Below, in pieces: positions 63,393 to 64,000 of a stretch of DNA of 64,000 nt. Position 1 is the stretch's first letter, and every line of letters begins with the position of its first letter. The DNA lies in assembly GCF_006345805.1 (NCBI RefSeq), contig NC_043003.1, forward strand, positions 106,516,001 to 106,580,000. Reading direction: 5' to 3'. The notes beneath the pieces are model-generated. The model was not told the origin of the DNA, searched no databases, and saw nothing but the letters and a program-made list of their open reading frames with translations. The DNA is from Octopus sinensis. Its lineage: Eukaryota. The position numbers were made by a program, and so were the translations under genes.

Positions 63393-63618
63393 GCGAGCTG
63401 GCTGAAACGTTAGCACGCCGGGCGAAATGCTTAGTGGTATTTCGTCTGCGTTACGTTGTGAGTTCAAATTCCGCCGAGGTCGACTTTGCCTTTCATCCTT
63501 TTGGGGTCGATAAATTAAGTACCAGTTATGCACTGGGATTGATGTAATTGACTTAATACCTATGTCTGTCCTTGTTTGTCCCCTCTATGTTTAGCCCCTT
63601 GTGGGTAATAAAGAAATA
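63393..63618 (+). mobile_element. SINE B, young copy within (TA)n
   Basis: Homology to family B; flanked by GATATATATATATAG-like repeats. Confidence 0.9.
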
Positions 63619-64000
63619 GATATATATATATAGGAAACCATTCTATTTATAACTGAGAAGCTACATCAGTGATTGAAGGACCTAGAGTTTCATACCAGAG
63701 CACTTACGAAACTGAAAGAGCCACTTGCGTAGTTTCTCAGCTATAAATAATACAAATACTCCAGTTAATGTCAGAAGTTCTAGTCCCCGTGTTTATATAA
63801 CCTATCGTACATGTATAATATGAGTTTACGAGAGTGTATACGTGTTTGTATGTAATGTAATTTTAGTATAGTGAATTGCTTTAGATTTTTTGGCTGTTTT
63901 TTATGCAATGTAACATTGCAGTACTTTATCAAATGAAAGAAACATTACTTTCTCTTGCATTGGTGAAGAAACTAATAATTTCTAAAGTGTCTGAGTTAAT

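Overview
AT-rich eukaryotic DNA that is almost entirely non-coding and dense in repeats. The SINE families, RTE/CR1/R4-Dong LINE remnants and abundant (CA)/(TA)/(GAT)/(TAA) microsatellites resemble an octopus (coleoid cephalopod) genome; this is recognition, not a database result. No intact long CDS is present, and nearly all listed ORFs are microsatellite or SINE read-throughs. The window probably lies within large introns of a minus-strand gene, with two candidate small exons (42 nt at 54616-54657, 15 nt at 44865-44879). The most notable signal is a set of minimal type-I hammerhead-ribozyme (HHR) motifs from about five families tied to Penelope-like element (PLE) termini. These include a tRNA-headed SINE carrying the same HHR tail as a PLE in the window, and a family whose core appears to swap the C3-G8 pair to G3-C8. 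All folds and translations were done by eye, and boundaries of degenerate repeats are approximate.
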